Below, piece by piece: positions 61,790 to 64,000 of a stretch of DNA of 64,000 nucleotides; within the stretch, counting starts at the first letter, position 1, and each line of letters begins with the position of its first letter. The notes beneath the pieces are model-generated. The model worked only from the letters and a program-made list of their open reading frames with translations, was not told where the DNA came from and searched no databases. Location: the NCBI GenBank assembly GCA_028534125.1, contig CM052817.1, positions 42,844,001 to 42,908,000 on the forward strand, given 5' to 3'. Position numbers and translations under genes: made by a program. Source of the stretch: Lama glama (taxonomy: Eukaryota).

Positions 61790-62050
61790 TAAAAATATAA
61801 AACTTGGCAGTAAAGATTTACACCAACATCATACTAGTGATGTTATGTTTGGAGAGAAGAGAAAGAGAAATGAATGAGGGAGGGATCTTATCTACCTGTA
61901 ATGTCTTATGGCTTTAAAAATAGAAATCTGTAGCAGTTATAGCAAAATGTTGATATCTGTTTCATTAACATTGTGGGCTTATAGATCTCTCTTCCATTGT
62001 TTGGGGAAATTAATCTTCAAATATTTCATAATCAAATATAAACATTTTAA
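61790..62050 (+). mobile_element. L1ME-like 3' UTR fragment
   Basis: TATAGCAAAATGTTGATATCTGTT...AAATATTTCATAAT. Confidence 0.5.
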
Positions 62051-62334
62051 AAAGGAAATTGGTCCTCCAATCAACAAATTATTTGTAAAGAATTGGTATT
62101 TTTACTATGCCTACACTGACATGCACAAAATCTCAAGACCAAATGAAATAACCACAAAATGTACTTGTGTTGTTCAGTATTTATACAGAAAGGTTAGGAG
62201 TTTGTTTTTCTGTTTTCGTTTTTGTTTGTTTGTTTTTTGGTGGAGGATAACCCAGAAACAAAGGATTCCTCAAAAGTAAATTACAGAAAGTCTTGGGGAT
62301 TGTGTCTTGGAGAATGCCTACTTCCAAGCTTAAC

Positions 62335-62402
62335 TTAGAAATTGACACACTGTAAATTGACTATACTTCAATTTTTTTAATGCAAAGATTAAAAAAATAA
62401 TA
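62335..62402 (+). mobile_element. Approximately 70-bp L1 3' stub
   Basis: AGAAATTGACACACTGTAAATTGACTATACTTCAAT plus A-rich tail; flanks AAGCTTAAC (62326-62334) / AAGCTGAAC (62403-62411). Confidence 0.75.
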
Positions 62403-62437
62403 AAGCTGAACAGGAGGGAAAAAAAGTAAATGAAATG

Positions 62438-63794
62438 ACCCATGCACATATAATTAATCTACAACAAAGGGGGCAAAAATATACAATGAAGAAAAGATAG
62501 TCTCTTCAATAAGTGGTGCTAGGAAAACTGGACAGTAAAAGACTGGAATTAGAACATTTTCTCACACTGTATACAAAAAAAAAAAAAGATTCAAAATAGA
62601 TTAAAGACTTAAATGTAAGACCAGAAATCCTGAAACTCCTAGAGGAAAAAAATAGGCAGTACAGTTTTGACATAATATTAGCAATATTTTTTTGGATCTG
62701 TCTCCTCAGGCAAGGGAAACAAAAGCAAAAATAAACACATGGGATCTATTAAACATAAAAGCTTTTGCACAATGAAGGAAGCCGTCAACAAAACGAAAAG
62801 ACAACTTAATGAATGGGAGAAGATATTTGAAAATGATGTCTGATAAGGGGTTAATATCTAAAATATATAAAGAGCTCATACAACTCAGTATCAAAAAAAA
62901 TGCACATAAGATCTGAATAGACATTTTTCCAAAGAAGACATGCAGATGGCCAACAGGCACATGAAAGGATGCTCATCATTGCTAATCATCAGGGAAACAA
63001 AATCAAAACCACAGTGGGATATCACCTCACACCGGTCAGAATGACTACTGTCAAAAAAACCACAAATTAAAAATGCTGGTGAGGATGTGGAGAGAAGGGA
63101 ATCCTAGAATGCTATTGATAGGAATCCAAATTGGTACAGCCAGTATGGAAAATGGTATGAAGGTTCTTCAAAAACCTAAAAAATAGAACTACCATATGAT
63201 TCAGCAATTCCACTCTTGGGTATTTATCTGAAGAAAAAGAAAACACAAATTCAAAAGATATATACACCCAAATGTTCATAGCAGCATTATTTACAGTAGC
63301 CAAGATATGGAAATAACCTAAGTGTCCATCAACAGACAAATGGATAAAGAAGATATGTACATAACAGAATAATACATAGTCTTACAGAAGAATGAAATCT
63401 TGCCATTTGCAACAATATGGATGGACCTGGAGGGTATTATACTTAGCAAAGTATGTCAAAAACATATAATGTATGTTTTTACCTACATGAAGAATCTAAA
63501 AAATTAAAACAAATCACTGAATATAACAAAACATAAACAGACTCACAGATACAGAGAACAAACTAGGGGTTATCAGTGGGGAAAGGGGTGGGAGAAGGGG
63601 CAGGACAGGTGGAGAATTAAGAAGTACAAACTACTAGGTATAAAATAAATAAGCCACAAGGATATAACATATAGCACAGGGAATATAGACAGTATTTTAT
63701 AATAACTTTAAATGGAGTATAATTTATAAAAATATCAAATCACTATGCTATACATCTGGAACTAATATTGTAAATCAGCTATACTTCAATTTTT
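62438..63794 (+). mobile_element. 5'-truncated L1 (ORF2 C-terminus and 3' UTR)
   Basis: 17-bp TSD AAAAAGTAAATGAAATG (62421-62437) / AAAAAGTAAATAAAATG (63795-63811). Confidence 0.92.
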
Positions 63795-64000
63795 AAAAAG
63801 TAAATAAAATGGATTTTCAAGTGCATAATTTTGCCATCTACAAATTTATGACCAAATTAAATTATGACTACATGATAGGCAAATGTAGGAGAGTCATCTT
63901 CGTTATTTGGACATTCATACTGTCATAATTGGCAGGAAATATGGTTCCCTACTTGATGGAAAAACAGAATGCTCAGAAATGTACCAGAGTTTACTATTAC

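Noticed and set aside
1..64000. CRISPR arrays, operons, defence systems, tRNA/rRNA/snRNA genes
   Set aside because: This is mammalian repeat-rich DNA; no spaced direct-repeat array, long intact ORF or structural-RNA signature was seen.

Overview
AT-rich, CpG-poor placental-mammal DNA, intronic or intergenic in character. I recognise no host protein-coding exon, RNA gene, CpG island or CRISPR array. Nearly all ORFs in the track are chance ORFs, repeat-derived, or artefacts of a 500-N assembly gap (18238-18737). Roughly half the window is transposable-element fossil: L1 of several ages, L2, MIR/MIR3, MaLR (MLT1) and ERVL (MLT2, LTR33) LTRs, ERV1-type solo LTRs, a degraded ERVL gag-protease fragment, and DNA transposons (MER8-, MER45A-, MER91A- and MER5-like). 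Cetartiodactyl-type L1 3' ends, with no Alu, B1/B2, Bov, PRE1, CHR or Can SINEs seen, suggest a camelid (inference). The best-supported details are sequence-visible target-site duplications (TSDs), two 5'-inverted L1s, an L1 with two large internal deletions, and a young L1 whose perfect TSD brackets the gap. Repeat-free blocks with splice-signal or transcription-factor-motif clusters (about 3.7-4.1, 5.5, 12.2-12.9, 21-23, 42.4-42.8, 49.1 and 54.3 kb) are unverified candidate exons or enhancers. I found no convincing novel biological system. Repeat subfamily names are from remembered consensus sequences, and boundaries without a TSD are approximate.
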